This document shows, piece by piece, positions 35,193 through 49,000 of a DNA stretch of 64,000 nucleotides. The notes beneath the pieces are model-generated. The model was not told where the DNA came from. It saw only the letters and a program-made list of their open reading frames with translations, and searched no databases. A program made the translations under genes and the position numbers. How positions within the stretch are numbered: position 1 is the stretch's first letter; every line of letters starts with the position of its first letter. The DNA comes from Sminthopsis crassicaudata (Eukaryota): assembly GCF_048593235.1 (NCBI RefSeq), contig NC_133617.1:422820958-422884957 (forward strand), in the 5' to 3' direction.

Positions 35193-38100
35193 TGAGACTT
35201 TCTTCTCATTCTTTGGGGAGGTGGAAGGTCCACAGGTGTTGTACTGTGCACATATCCACAGGTGTTGAAGTAGTGATCAGTTATGAATTTTCTGTCTTTA
35301 AAAACACTTTTTTCATAGGGGATGGGTCTCTGGAAGGGGAAGATATATTGAGAAAACTATCATGATGTAAAAACAAACAAACAAACAAACAAAACAAAAA
35401 AACAAACAAACACAAAAGATGCCAATAAAAATAAAAAGACTGGAGTTAGGAATACTATGAATTCAAATCCTTCCTCACTTACTAGCAGAGTCACTACCGA
35501 CAAGTCACTTAACCACTTTATGCCTCAGTTTGCTCATTTGTAATATGAGGAAGCTGAACTTTAAAGTATCCAAAGTTTCCTTCCAGCTTCAAATCTGTGA
35601 TCCTTCAAGGTAATCTTTATTTTCAGAAAAATGCAAAAAATCTGTACACCAAGTTGATTAATCTAGTGTCTCTAGAGAGTCACTAAATCATAAAAGTTGA
35701 ACTATTTATTTCCTATACCTTATAGTACTTCTGTGACTAATTATTTGGCTTGAACCCAATTTGTCCATCTAGAATGTAAGCTACAAAATTGTAGCCTGCT
35801 TCTTTGTACATTTAGTACCTATTACAATGCCTGGCATACAAGTTGGTGCTTAACACTTATTGATACATTACTCAAGGCATGAGCTTCAGGCATGGGGGAT
35901 GGCCTGTGCAAAGATACAGTAATGGGAGATGGAATTAGCAAATGAAAAACAAGGGTAAATAGGTCAGTTTGAAATCTTTTTTTTTTTTTACTTTCTTCCT
36001 CCATCATGTTCAACTTCTTACAAGTTTCCTTCCCCTCTCCTCCCCTCCCCCCCACAGTTTTACTTAGTATCTCTAACAGCCTCCTTCCTCCTCACTGCTT
36101 CCATTCTAGTACTGGTTCTCCTTACTGCCATCTCTATCATTACAGCTTTCTTTTTTTATTTTTTATTTTAATAGTTTTTATTTACCAGATACATGCATGG
36201 GTAATTTTACAACATTGACGATCGCCAAACCTTTTGTTCTAATTTTTTCCCCTCCTTCCCCCCTCCCCCCTCCCCTTACCCAGATGGCAGGTTGACCAAT
36301 ACATGTTAAATATGCTAAGAGTATAAATTAAATACAATATATGTATACATGTCCAAACAGTTGTTTTGCTGTACAAAAAGAATTGGACTTTATAGCTTTC
36401 TAACAAGTCTTCCTTCTTTCTTTCTCTTGCTCTTCCAACACCAAAGCCATTCTTTATAGTCTTACTAAATGGATTTTCCTTCTGCACAGTTATGGTCATG
36501 CCACAGCCACAAATTTTTTGTGGCTCCTGACTGCTTCTTCAGAAAAGTTTCCAAGTTTACCAAACTACAATCTGGCATTAATCCTACCTCCCAACTTATT
36601 TCCCCCCATCAAAAACTTTCCTCTGTTACTGGATTCCTTCACCCTGTACTATTCCCTCCTTCCCCATTTCCTCCCCCCCACCCCCCCTTCATTTCTTTTC
36701 ATGTTAATCTCTATGTCTGGCATATCTTCCTTCCCAATTCAATTATTTGGTTTTCATCCTTCCCTTGAAATCAAAATTTTTGTCATATTTTCCATGAAAC
36801 CTTCCTTTCTTTCTGTCAGGAATGACTTGGAATATCACCCAGGCACTTCTTAGGGGTTTTTTTTGCATCTCTTTAAATGTAGTTTTGTGTCAATGTTATC
36901 TTATTATGAGACCATGATACATAATGATTTCATCAGCTCAATATAAAAATTCAAATCCTAATTCTTAATATGTGAGAATGAGGTTTTAAACTACTTTGAG
37001 GGTAAAGCCCAAATAACTACTTCTATAGGATGTATCTTCAAGGATCTTCTTGCAACCCAGCTTTTACCTCTGTCTTTTAATTTAGCTGAAATGAAGTAAT
37101 TTAGTTCAAGAGCTAGGCCAGCAGTGCTTTCCCCAGCTGAAATGGGGCAAATTAGACTCAAGCCAAATAAATTAGTCATAGAAGTACTATGAGGTGTGGT
37201 AAAAAAAAAAAAAAAAAAAAAAAAGCAATTCAGCTTTTGTGATTTAGTGACTCTTTAAGAGTCTGTTAAGACTAATCAACTTGTGAGGTACAATTCTTTT
37301 ATGATACATTAGTGCAAAACAATTTCATGGGACACTAGTGGCTAGAGTCATCAAGAAAGGGACTCAGTGGATGCCCATCAGTTGGGCTGAATAAGTTGTG
37401 GTATAAGAATGTAATGGAATATTATTGTTCTATAAGAAATGAGGAGGAAGCTGATTTCAGAAAAGCTTGAAAAGACATGAATTGATGCTAAGTAAATTAA
37501 GTAGAACCAAGAGAATATCATACACAGCAACAATGAGAATCATAGCTATCACTTGTGGAGAGGGAGGGAGAAAAATTTGGAACACAAGATTTTGCAAGGA
37601 TGAATGTTGCAAATGATCTCTGTATGCATTTTTAAAAAGTAAAAAGATATATATGTATATGTATATAAAATAAAGAAGTCATAAGAGGTGGTCCTTGAGT
37701 TGAACTTTAAAAGAAAAGGAAGGATCCTTGGAAAGTAAGGGAGGCATCTTCTCTTTCTCTCCAAATCCAAAAAAGTATTTTATCCTTTCCTATTCAATTA
37801 TCTTCCCTTCTTCCTATCTTCCTTCCCTACCAAAAAAAATTTTTTTTTTTAAATTGCTATGCCAAATACCTTCCCTATTCTCACTATTCATTCTTTCCTT
37901 ATTTGTAATTTTACTTTGCCGTGAATACTCTCAGAGATGATCCAGAACTTTCTGAAAGTGACATTCATTGACCATTTTTTAGTGTCTACTACCTCTGTAT
38001 TTTTAATATCATTAACTACTCCCTATTTCTGGATCTTTTCTTCTTCCTTAATGTCAGAAACAAATTATGTGCTTCTGGTTATCTCACCTGCTTTTCAATT

Positions 38101-40422
38101 GTTCTTTTTCCTTCAGTGACTTTTTTTCCTGTTCTCAACTTCATAAAGTATGCATTTCCCCAATGTTATTTCTCTTTGCCTCTTTTCTATCTACATTTTC
38201 TCCCAATTTCATTTACTCATGGCTTTATGTATCAACTTCAAGTATGACCGCTCTTCTGAGTGGCAGATTTATATCTCCAACTGCCCACAGAACATATCCA
38301 TCTGAATACTGCATTGGTATCTCTTATATTTAGCTATCTTTCTAAAATATGTTAGAGAGATATGTTGATCCCTCTTACTTTGCTATTTGTGTCTGTGGAA
38401 ATTTCACTTTATTGTATCTCCAGAATTTATTACACAGTAGGTGGCTTGGCAAATGTTTAATAAATGAATAAAAGTACGTAGTATAAAATTAACATGGATG
38501 ACTTATGATTGAGGGCATAATGGAAGGTTGAATGGACTGGAATGCTGGAAATATGGGAAAATACTTAAGTCAAAACTCAGTGTAATATATTCACATTATA
38601 CAAATTCTAACTTGATAATTTTTGACTTACATCATTATGCTTTTTAATCCTACTTTAAAACAAAACAAAATAAAGCATATGACTGGTTTCAGAGACCTCA
38701 GATACATACAAACCTTCTCATCCTTTGGAGGGCGACCTCTCTTTCTGGGACTCTGTTCCTGAGCCCTTTTTAGAGGTGATTTGGAGCCTCTTTCTGCAGA
38801 AGCTGAAGAGACTCTTTTCTTTCCTTCTCCCATATTCTTTCTCACCTTCCCTTCAGACAGGCCAGCTTTGCGTTTCTCGTCTCCTGAATTCTGCTTACTT
38901 CTTTCTTCACTGGAATTACGCCGATTTTTTTCTTCAGCAGAATTATGGGATGACTGAAAGAATAGAGTAAAAAAAAATGGAGGATAGATTTGTATTATTT
39001 TCAAAAAAACCACCAAGAGCCTACTAAATTCATTGAAGGAACTCTATACCCAAAAAAAAAAAAAAAAAAAAAAAGAAAGCCACAACATATTTAAGAAAGG
39101 CCAGATTTTTGGGATTGCTTGGCAGAGTGTATTTCTTATAGCCCATAAGGGGTAGATTTATACCAGTAATCTACAAGCTATTAATTTTGCCAGTTACTTT
39201 AAAATAAACTTTTATAAGAATTTATTATTATTTTTCCTTAAAACAAATTGTATAGAATGGTACTCCAAAACTTAATAAAATGTTTGAGAAGAGAGTGAGT
39301 TTCTAGAATTTCTCCAAAATCTCAGGAATTCTCTTCTGCAATCTTAAAATGACTAACTGCTAAAATCCTTAATGAATATTATCAAAACCTTCAGAATCTG
39401 CTAAGATGTTTCTAGTGGTTCAATAACTTTGATTATTTATTTTTATTTCTGCAGTGCCAACGTGGTCAGGTATAAAGACAAGAAAAAAAAAAGTGTTTTT
39501 CATTTTCCCCTTTTCTTACAACCTAAACTCCTGGGGAGAGCCTAAAGTAGAACTAGTGATACTTACAAGACAGTAGCTTCAACTCTGAAAGTTCATCAAT
39601 CATCCCTGGTTGTTTTCTTTAGCTACAGATTTTAGAAGGTTTTTTTGCTGGCTACATTTTAAATCTTTCAAATAAATAGAATTTGGATCACAGCACAAAC
39701 ATGACAAAGACATTTTACAAACACAGAGACACAGATACAGACAAAAACAAACAAGAAAATGAGGAAATCTAATTTTACCTTGTTGATTTGGGGTATACAG
39801 GAAAAAAAAAAAACAACAGAGATGCACATAGAAGGCAAATTACAGAGGTGTCTCTTGTTTACTAACTGAACTCTTCTTAGCCTGCTGGGGGATGAAGCTA
39901 AAACAGAGGTAGGTAAAAGTTTCCTGTGGAGGCCAAAGCCAAGACAGAGAAGGCGGGAACTGTTGGCTTAGAGAGTGATAAAGTGTGCAGGGAAAAAAAC
40001 AAAAAACAAAAAAGCAGAGCCATACAACAGCAAATTTACAAAGACCAGATGCTATTTATTCTCACCAGAACTGGGTCAAGATATGGGACTTGTTAGTTTT
40101 TCTCACAAAGAAAAAGCAAGTTCCATCAAAGGTGAGCTGGAATTGGAATAGGAACAAAGGACAGACTCCAGAGAAATAAATTTCCGTTGGTGCCTAGTCC
40201 ACTCCCACTGGTGCTGAAAAGACCACTTGATCCTGTTCCATGTCCAATCTCACTTCTTATACAAATTAATGCCAATCAGATCAGAACCCAACTTATAACT
40301 TGATCAGAGCTGTACAAAGCAGGCTGGAGATGGAAAAGTCAAGATACAAACAGAAGTTTAATTTCAGAGTGAAGAAAATGAAATGAAGAAGGAAGGCTTA
40401 TCTTGCTGGGGGAAAAGCAGAG

Positions 40423-40459
<37 letters not shown>

Positions 40460-43025
40460 GGGCTGGACCATGACATAATAATTTTTAGGGGCTGAGTTGC
40501 TGTTTCCCCAGCTATTTTTATGGGAACAGTTCTTAAGTTGGTTAGTGTCTAAAGTTTTGGGAGTCATGATTACTCTATGGCTGTAGAACCAAGAGTTCTA
40601 TGATGGGAATAGGAGTACAAAGAATAAGGATTGTAACCATGTTAGATTTGTTTTGGAGGTTGGTTTTTAGGTCTCTGGGAAATAGGGGAAGTTAATATCA
40701 TAAATCCTTCAGTGAACACCTGATGCTGATCACTTGTCAGAGAATGAGATCACTCAGAGTGCAGAGGATTATTGTTAAGCCAAACTCAAGGCACAGCTTG
40801 CTTGCTGGGCTTTAGCTCTGGGAAATGGGCATCTCTAAAAAATATTCTGACAATAGATTTAATATTCAATAACATCATCACATAAAACAACAGTCAATTC
40901 TGCATTACAAGTAAATCAAAAAGAAGGATCTTACCTGGTCTTTGCTTTTGGCTTTTTTGAGAAACTCCTCCACAGCATCCACAGCTTGCTGAAATCTTTT
41001 ACCCTTGTTAATCTTGATCATTTCCTCTTTATGGGGATGATATGGCTTTAGCTGTTCAACCTTGATCCAAGCACTAATAGAAAAACATTGAAAAATTGTG
41101 ATTTATTATCATTAAAAGCAGAGACTTGGATGGAAATGTGACTTTTAACATCATAACAGACTTTTTAAACAGGCAAAAATATTTTCCTAACACTAAATTG
41201 AACCCAAATATCAATTATGTTTTGCAGAATTCTGAACAAAAAAAAAACTCACCATAAAATAAACATTTAATGAATCAAGCTGGAAATGTGGCAGGTAATT
41301 AATTTCAAAACATTTTTTCTCAATTACATGTTAAAAAATTTAAATTTAAAGAAAAAATTCCACATTTCAAAGTCACTTTCTTCCTTGAGAAGGCAAGTTA
41401 TTTGATATAGATTATACATGCAAAGTCACAGAAAACATTTTCATATCAGACATAAAACCAAAAAAGCCCTAGGTCTAAAAAAACAAAAACAAAATTAAGA
41501 AAAATTAAGTTAAAAAAAATGCTTTGATCCATACTCTTAAGTTCTTTCCCTGGAGGTGGGTAGCTTTTTTCATATGCCCTTCAGAATTATGTTGGATCAT
41601 TGTATTGTTAAAAATAACTAAATCATTAACAGTTGATCACCGTGCAATACTGCTGTTAGTGTGTACAATGCTTTCCTTATTCTGCTAACTTCACTTCACG
41701 TGAAGTCTTCCCAGAGTTTTCTGACATCATCCTGCACATCAGTTTCTTGTAGCACATTAAAATTTGTTCAGTTATGCCAATTGATAGGCATCCCCTTAAT
41801 TTTCAGTTCTTTGCCCACATTTTTAGAAAGAGCTGCCATGCCTATTTTTGTTTATGAATATATAAAAAATTTTCCTTTTTTCTTTAATCTCTTTGGGATA
41901 CAGATCTCATAGCATTATTGCTCGATCAAAGAGTATTTGTATGTGTGTATATGTATATATATATGCAGATATAAATATAAAACCATAATTATTGGTTTGG
42001 TTGAAATGTGTTAGAAGGTTGAGGGAACTAACACATTAATACATTGTTGGTCGAGTTCTGAAACAATCCAACTGATTTGAAAATCAATTTGGAATTATGT
42101 GAGAAAAGTTACTAAACTTTTACTTGGCATTGCCACTGAAGTAATAAGTTATGTATCAAATAGGTTAGACAGCAAGGAAGATCCCACATATGCAGAAAAT
42201 ATTTGTAGCAGCATTTTTTTTTTTTTTTTTGGTGATAATAAAAAACTGGAAACAAAATGTGCCCTCACTGAATTAGTGACTGAATTGTATAAGAATTTGA
42301 TGGAAGACTATTACATTTTATGAAATCATCAATGAGAAAATCAGAAAAAAACAAGGGAAGACATTCATGAATTGATGCAGACAGAAGTAAACAATACCAA
42401 GAAGAAAATATATATACACAGCCACAACAATGTAAATAAAAACATCAATAAAAGGGAGATGAATTCAGGATTAATTGATTATCAACCTTGATTAAAGAAA
42501 ATAGATGATAAAAACACATGACTGAAAAAAAGGGTAGTATATGCCATTTGAAGCAGATATCTTGTTTGTCAGACTTGATGTGGCACAAGAAAGGTTCAAT
42601 GGAGGAAAGAAGTGAAATAAGCTGGGAAATGACATTTTCCAAAAAGTAATATGGGATCAATAAAACAATTCTCCCTGTCCAAACTTACAATAACAAGAAA
42701 AAACTGAAAATATGCCACAAACTTCATTTTTATTGGAATACTTGGTATTATAAATTTATTTTTCATTTTTATCTAAGCCTATCCAGAAAAACACTAATGC
42801 ATAATTATAGATATTCTTACATTATTAGTATCAAGTACTAATATTACCCATGGAACCAGGCCACATAATGTTCTAAAATTTGGGATCATGGGACCTTTAA
42901 CCTATCTCTTGCTCTTGGGGACAGGAGTCTTTCAAAAAGGAGTGTCATTTAAGAATTCTACAATTAAATTTGAATTCAAGAAAAGTTAAGAAAGTTAAAG
43001 AAAAGCAACATCTTCTATAATTATA

Positions 43026-43059
<34 letters not shown>

Positions 43060-46000
43060 TCACTGATTCTATGTCCAAAAGTAATTTAAGGCATTTAGTT
43101 TATAAAGAGAGTAATTTCTAAGGCATTTAGAACATTTGATGTAAGGTTTGGAATGTGTGGCAGTAATAAAATGAGGGTTTCAAAAAAGAAAATTTCTACA
43201 ATGTTAAGATAGGAGAGCAAATGGTTAACATCCGACCTTTAACTTCTATTTAGGAAAAGCAATTAGTGATTGATTTTGGAATTCTTTCCAATCGGTATTC
43301 AAACCCTTGGTCTAAAGTACTATATACTAGTGAAATCTGTTTTGATTAAATACTTGTACTTCATTTTAAAATTCTAGATCCTATATTCCCTTTCAATGTA
43401 TCAATTTGCTTTTCAAGGTTAAAAAAATCTAGAGCTACAAGGAAAGACCTAGATCTAGTCCAACCCTTTCATTTTACAGATAAGGAAATAAATCTGAGGG
43501 AGATTAGATGATTTGTTCAAGGACACATAAGTCAGTGTCAAAGGCAGCATTTAAACTCAAGTTTTCTTATTCTGAAAACATTAAAGTTATGTTGCCTATT
43601 CAATCATTGGGATCTGATAAGGCATACATCAATTAGTATCAACTTTACTATAAATATCTTAAAGTTTCATAGCACAGCCTTCAAAGTAACTATGATGGGT
43701 TAAGGATATAGAAATTGGGTTGCTAAACCACCTCAAGATTTTCTTTTTACATAGAAATTATTGGTTGACAATAAACATCAGTACAAAAATATGATGTCCA
43801 TTTATATAAAAAGATGATACCAATGCTGGGTGAGATTAGGAAGATAACCTGTGAAAAGGAACATAGAAAAAATTAAATGACACAAAGGGAATGAACCCAC
43901 CAATCTGTCTCATTAGGCTATTTTATTGCCTTAATTAAATTCCTGAATCTTTATTAAGCATCTCCTTTGTGCCATACATTATGGAAGGCACTGGGATATA
44001 TTAAGACAAAAATAAAAGTCTTTGCTCTTGAACTTAGGAAGGGAGGAGTGAGATGTAGACAGAACTAAGTAAATATGAAATACAGACAAGGTAAATACAA
44101 AGTAATTTGGGGGCAGGAGCACTAACACTCTCAGGATTAGGAAAAGTCACTTGAAGGCCATGGCATCTCTATGAAGTCTTGAAAGAAGCTAAGAATGCTA
44201 AGAATTGAAAGAGTTTGGAAGAGTATTCTAGAGCATGTGGAACAAGGAATGTTGTGTTCTAGATAGCAGTAAGATAGATGAGTTTAGCTGGAAGGCAGAA
44301 TATACAAGAGGGAGCAATATGAAAACACTTTGGAAAGACGGTGCAATCGGATTGTGAAAGGCTTTAAATGGTAAACAGAGGAGTTTGTATTTTATCCTAC
44401 AGGCAACAGGGAGCCACTGAAACTTCTTCAGCAGTATACTTTTGGAATACAGCTTTGGCAGCTATGTAGGATGGATTAAAGAGGGAAGAGTCTTGGAGGC
44501 AAGAATACCAAATGGAAGAATATTGTGAGATCTAGGTGAGAGGTGAGAGCTTGAATTAGAGTGGTGGCTATGCAAGTGAAGACGAAGGGAAGAATGTGGA
44601 AAATATAGAGAAAAGACTTGGCAAGTGATTGAACAAGGAGGATGAGAGAATTACTCTGAGATTGTGAAAAGTGACTAGAAAGATGAAATGAGGAAATTAG
44701 CAAGGGGGGTGTTATTTAAGAGACTGTGGTAATTCCTTATTAGATTGTAAACTTCTTAAGCATAGGCAAAGTGTTTTCTTTCATTTCTGCCTCTTCCCCT
44801 CTGCCTATAATAGTACTCTACACAGAACAGATGCTTAATAAATATCTAATGAATATTAAATGAGTCAAATGAATTTAAAAAGTCACTAATGGATACTACC
44901 TACTTTAGATCAAACTATTTAGCAGTTTGAAGTTTCCTGGGAAATGGCTGAACAAATTATGGCAGATGAATGTAATGGAACATATTCCATATTAAAGAAC
45001 AAAAGGAATGATTTCTACCAAACCTGGTGAGACTGGTATGAATTGATGCAAAACAATACATTCTGTATAAAGAACATTGTAAAAAAAACCAAAACAACAC
45101 ATCAACAAGACATATGAATACAGATCAATGAAATGATCATTGGAATTAAAATGATACTCCTCCTCTGGGAGGTCATGAACAACATATATATCTTCAAATA
45201 TGGGCAATGTAAGGCTTTGTTTTACTTTCCTCTGGATACCTGATAAAAAAGGATTTTTTTTTTTAATCTTTCAAATGGAGGGAGGAGGGGAGAAAGATAA
45301 TGACACAGTTGCCAAAATTTATTTTTAAAAAGAGGAAAAGAATGAAGGTCAGTAGGAAATGCAAAGCAGGATAGCTTTGAAAATAACACTAAATTTATTA
45401 TATATTTGGGGGTAGAAGCAAAATGTCACAGCGCAGATTTGCAACTGCATATGCAATCCTTTTTTTCTGTTTTGTATATGGAAATTCTGGTCTTATATGA
45501 AACTTTAGTTCAAGAGAAAAATAATAATTTTCTCTTTTTGGCAGGTCAAAAGGATGAAATGTTACTAGGAAAAAAGGAATAAAATTTTTGGAATACATTA
45601 TTCAGATATTTAGCCCTCTTTCCTCCCAATTAAATGTAAAAATAGATACATTTTTTGGATACATATTTATTTTAAAAATCACATAGTTGGAAAAGTTGTA
45701 GGGTCAAACAATGATGCTACATCATGATGAATCCTTTTCTTCAAAGAGTGTCTAGTCAGAAAATGAGTAAATAATGTTCTAGATGCTCCCGTTCTAAATT
45801 CAATATAATCCCCTCCCCACCCATTTTTAGCCTGAATCTTTTCACATTAGGGATATTAAAATTTCTTTAATAAAAAGACTGTAAAATTTTCCCTTCCTAC
45901 CTGCTCTTTCTTGGAGGGGAGGGAAAATAAAAACCAAAATATTTCTCATGAGGATTAGTGGGAAGATTATTGCTATGACTAAATGCAACATGTCAAGCTA

Positions 46001-49000
46001 ATAGCAAATTTGTCAAAAGCATACTTATAATAAAAACGTTGCTATTTCTAATTTGTACTATGGAAGTGATCCTAGATTTCTGAAGAGTACATGCCAGATG
46101 AATGCAAGCTCTGATGTATCCAAATAGGCTGAAAATACTGGAAACAAATTAAGATATTTCTTGACAATTTGAAGTTTATTACACACTAAGTGGTTGGGGG
46201 TTCTGTGTTGGTAACAATGAAATCATATCTTTGAAGTGTAAGACAAGTAAGGTTGGGCTATGCCAAAATGGTCTAAGATATGCAAGACTGGGATATACAT
46301 TAAAATAAAGGCATCAAAAAATTGGAAGTTTTTTCTAGATCATTAAAAAAAAAAGAACTATTAATATATATAGTGAAAAAATTTGCGAACAGGACAGGTT
46401 TGGCAGATTTTAATCTAAAATATTTTTCAAGGCTACATCTTACCAAATGCTTTAACAAGTTTTTTTTTTTAATTTTATTTTTTATTATAGCTTTTTATAT
46501 ACAAAACATATGCATGGGTAATTTTTCTTTTCTTTTTTTTTTTCCTGAGGCTAGGGTTAAGTGACTTGCCTAGGGTCACACAGCTAGGAAATGTTAAGTG
46601 TCTGAGACCACATTTGAACTCCGGTCCTTCTGAATTCAAGGCAGATGCTCTATCCACTGTGCCATCTAGCTGCCCCCATGTGTAATTTTTCAACAATGAC
46701 CTTTGCAAAACCTTCTGTTCCAACTTTTCCTCTCCTTCCTCCCCATCCCTCCTCTAGATGACAGGTAGTTCCATACATGTTAAATATGGCTTTAACAAGT
46801 TTTTAAGCTGTGCTGCCCATACTCAACTGACGCAGGTTTTTTCTCCATGTCACTCAGACATATACACTTTACCTGTTAAATGTGCCTAACTCATACATTA
46901 GGGGAATTATTTCCCATAGCACCAAAGTATCAATAGGGTTGATAGATAGCAAATGATTATTTTAAGTTTTTCTGGGGTCTTATTTTTTCACTCTATGGGG
47001 CCATTAGTATTAAACTTGATACTTCCTGTTACTAAAAACCTTATGAAAGTGGCCTTCATTATTTAATTTCAGCCATCTTCAAGTTTCTTCTGCCATGACT
47101 AATGTTAAGGATTGTATATCAATCATAGTAAGAAGGAAAAGAAGCAAAAAAGAAAAAAATAAAGAAATAAGTGACAATATAGAAAAAATAAAACTGTTCC
47201 TTGAGAAGAGTCAGTTTACAAAAGCTAAATACCTCAGAGATAGAGCTGTCTCTAGTTTATTTTGACTTAGGGCAAATCAGAATCTTCTGTGCCCCATTCC
47301 CCCTCTTTCTTACCCTCACTTCCCTCAAATACTTTACAACTCCCCCCCCCCAATTTTTACCCCCAAAAATGTTTTAATGAAGGCAAAATCTGACAAAAAT
47401 GAACATGGTGAGAAAGGGGAAAAAATGTAATTCTTTCTCTTAAACAAACCAGCTGGTACTTGGTAGGGTGGGAGATAATATCGTCAGGTCACCAAAGGGT
47501 ATATATAGTATGACTTCTACTTTTTGGTGCTGACTCTATATAAATAAATTTAGGTGCCTTTTTTTTTTTTTTTCCCCTTTTTAAAATCTAGGTTATCAGC
47601 TGAATGATGTACCTGATATCCCTTGCTTTCATAGAGTCTCCTAAAGCAGGGCTTCTTAAACTCATCCCACCTCTTTTCCCCATAGAAATTTTTATGCAAC
47701 CCAGGGTATAGAGGTATATAAAACAGGCATGCAAATCAAACATTTAATAATAATGATTTAATAATAAATCAGAATTGAGACATGATGAGTTACAAGACCC
47801 CATATGGGTCATAATCTACAGTTTAGGAAGTCTTGCCCTCAACACTGGGCTACTTTAATTTTTCCTACCTTAGGGTCAGCTCTGATTAGAGAAAAGACAA
47901 CTGGGGCTTCAGCAAAATTTTAATAAATGATTTGAACTTTAAAAAAGAGAAATTGATCCATTATTTCTCAATACTACTTTTTTGAGAACCTTTATGAAAT
48001 AGCTATCAATTAGAAAAATCAAGCAATTTCTTAGAAGTAGTTAAAATATTACCAATAAAGTTGTGGTAATTTCTTTACTGGTACAAGAGAAGTGACCTTT
48101 AAGAAAAATGTACTACTGTCAATATTGTAGTTCTTATTTCATTTTCTTCTGATTTTCACCAAAGAACATAGTAGAGACGTTTTAGTTTACAAACTAAAGA
48201 TGGAAGTACAGTGGGGAACATGATATCTAACTTCAAATATCTAAAGATAAGTCATGTGGAAGAGAGATTAGACTTACTCTTTACTGCATAGAGGGCAGGA
48301 CTAGAAGCAGTAATAAAATTATAGACATTTAAATTTGATATAAGAAAAAATCTTGGCAGAACTGTCTATAAGGGAACTGGGGTACTTTGGAACTTAGTGG
48401 GTTCCTATAATTGAAAGATTTTGGATCAAGGATTAATGACCACTTCTGAATGATGTCTTTGTTCAGGTATAAGCTATAGTGTGGAAGAAGATGAAAACTA
48501 GAGAGAAAAGATGATTGAAGGGAATTTCTGGGAGAAAATAGGATTAAACATATAGATAGAAAAGTTGACTTTACTAGATTTACCTTGAGACTGGAGCAAA
48601 GGAAAAGAGAATGGAAGCTGAAGCAGGTGCTTCTGGAAGGGAATCTTTATGTGACTTGGTCTGTATCTAGCTATTTTTCCATTTACTAAAATAGCTTTGA
48701 ATTCTGTTTTTATCCTAAACAGTGCTGACGATAGCTCCTCCCAATGCTGAGCTTAATTACACCTCCAAATTTAATGAACACACACAACATTCCAATTTCA
48801 TCATCTAACTTCAGCATGAAAACTTCAAGCTCTATGAGGAGACCAGGCCTGGATGAAGCTCTGCAACTTGTGTCTCTTCATCCCAAATTCCTCCCCCTCT
48901 CCCCCCAGCTGATCTGATTAACTTGAGAACAATCCTTTACATCTGCTCTTCTAGCCAAAGGCACTCTCCTAATTAATTAGATCATGCACTCATTACTAAA

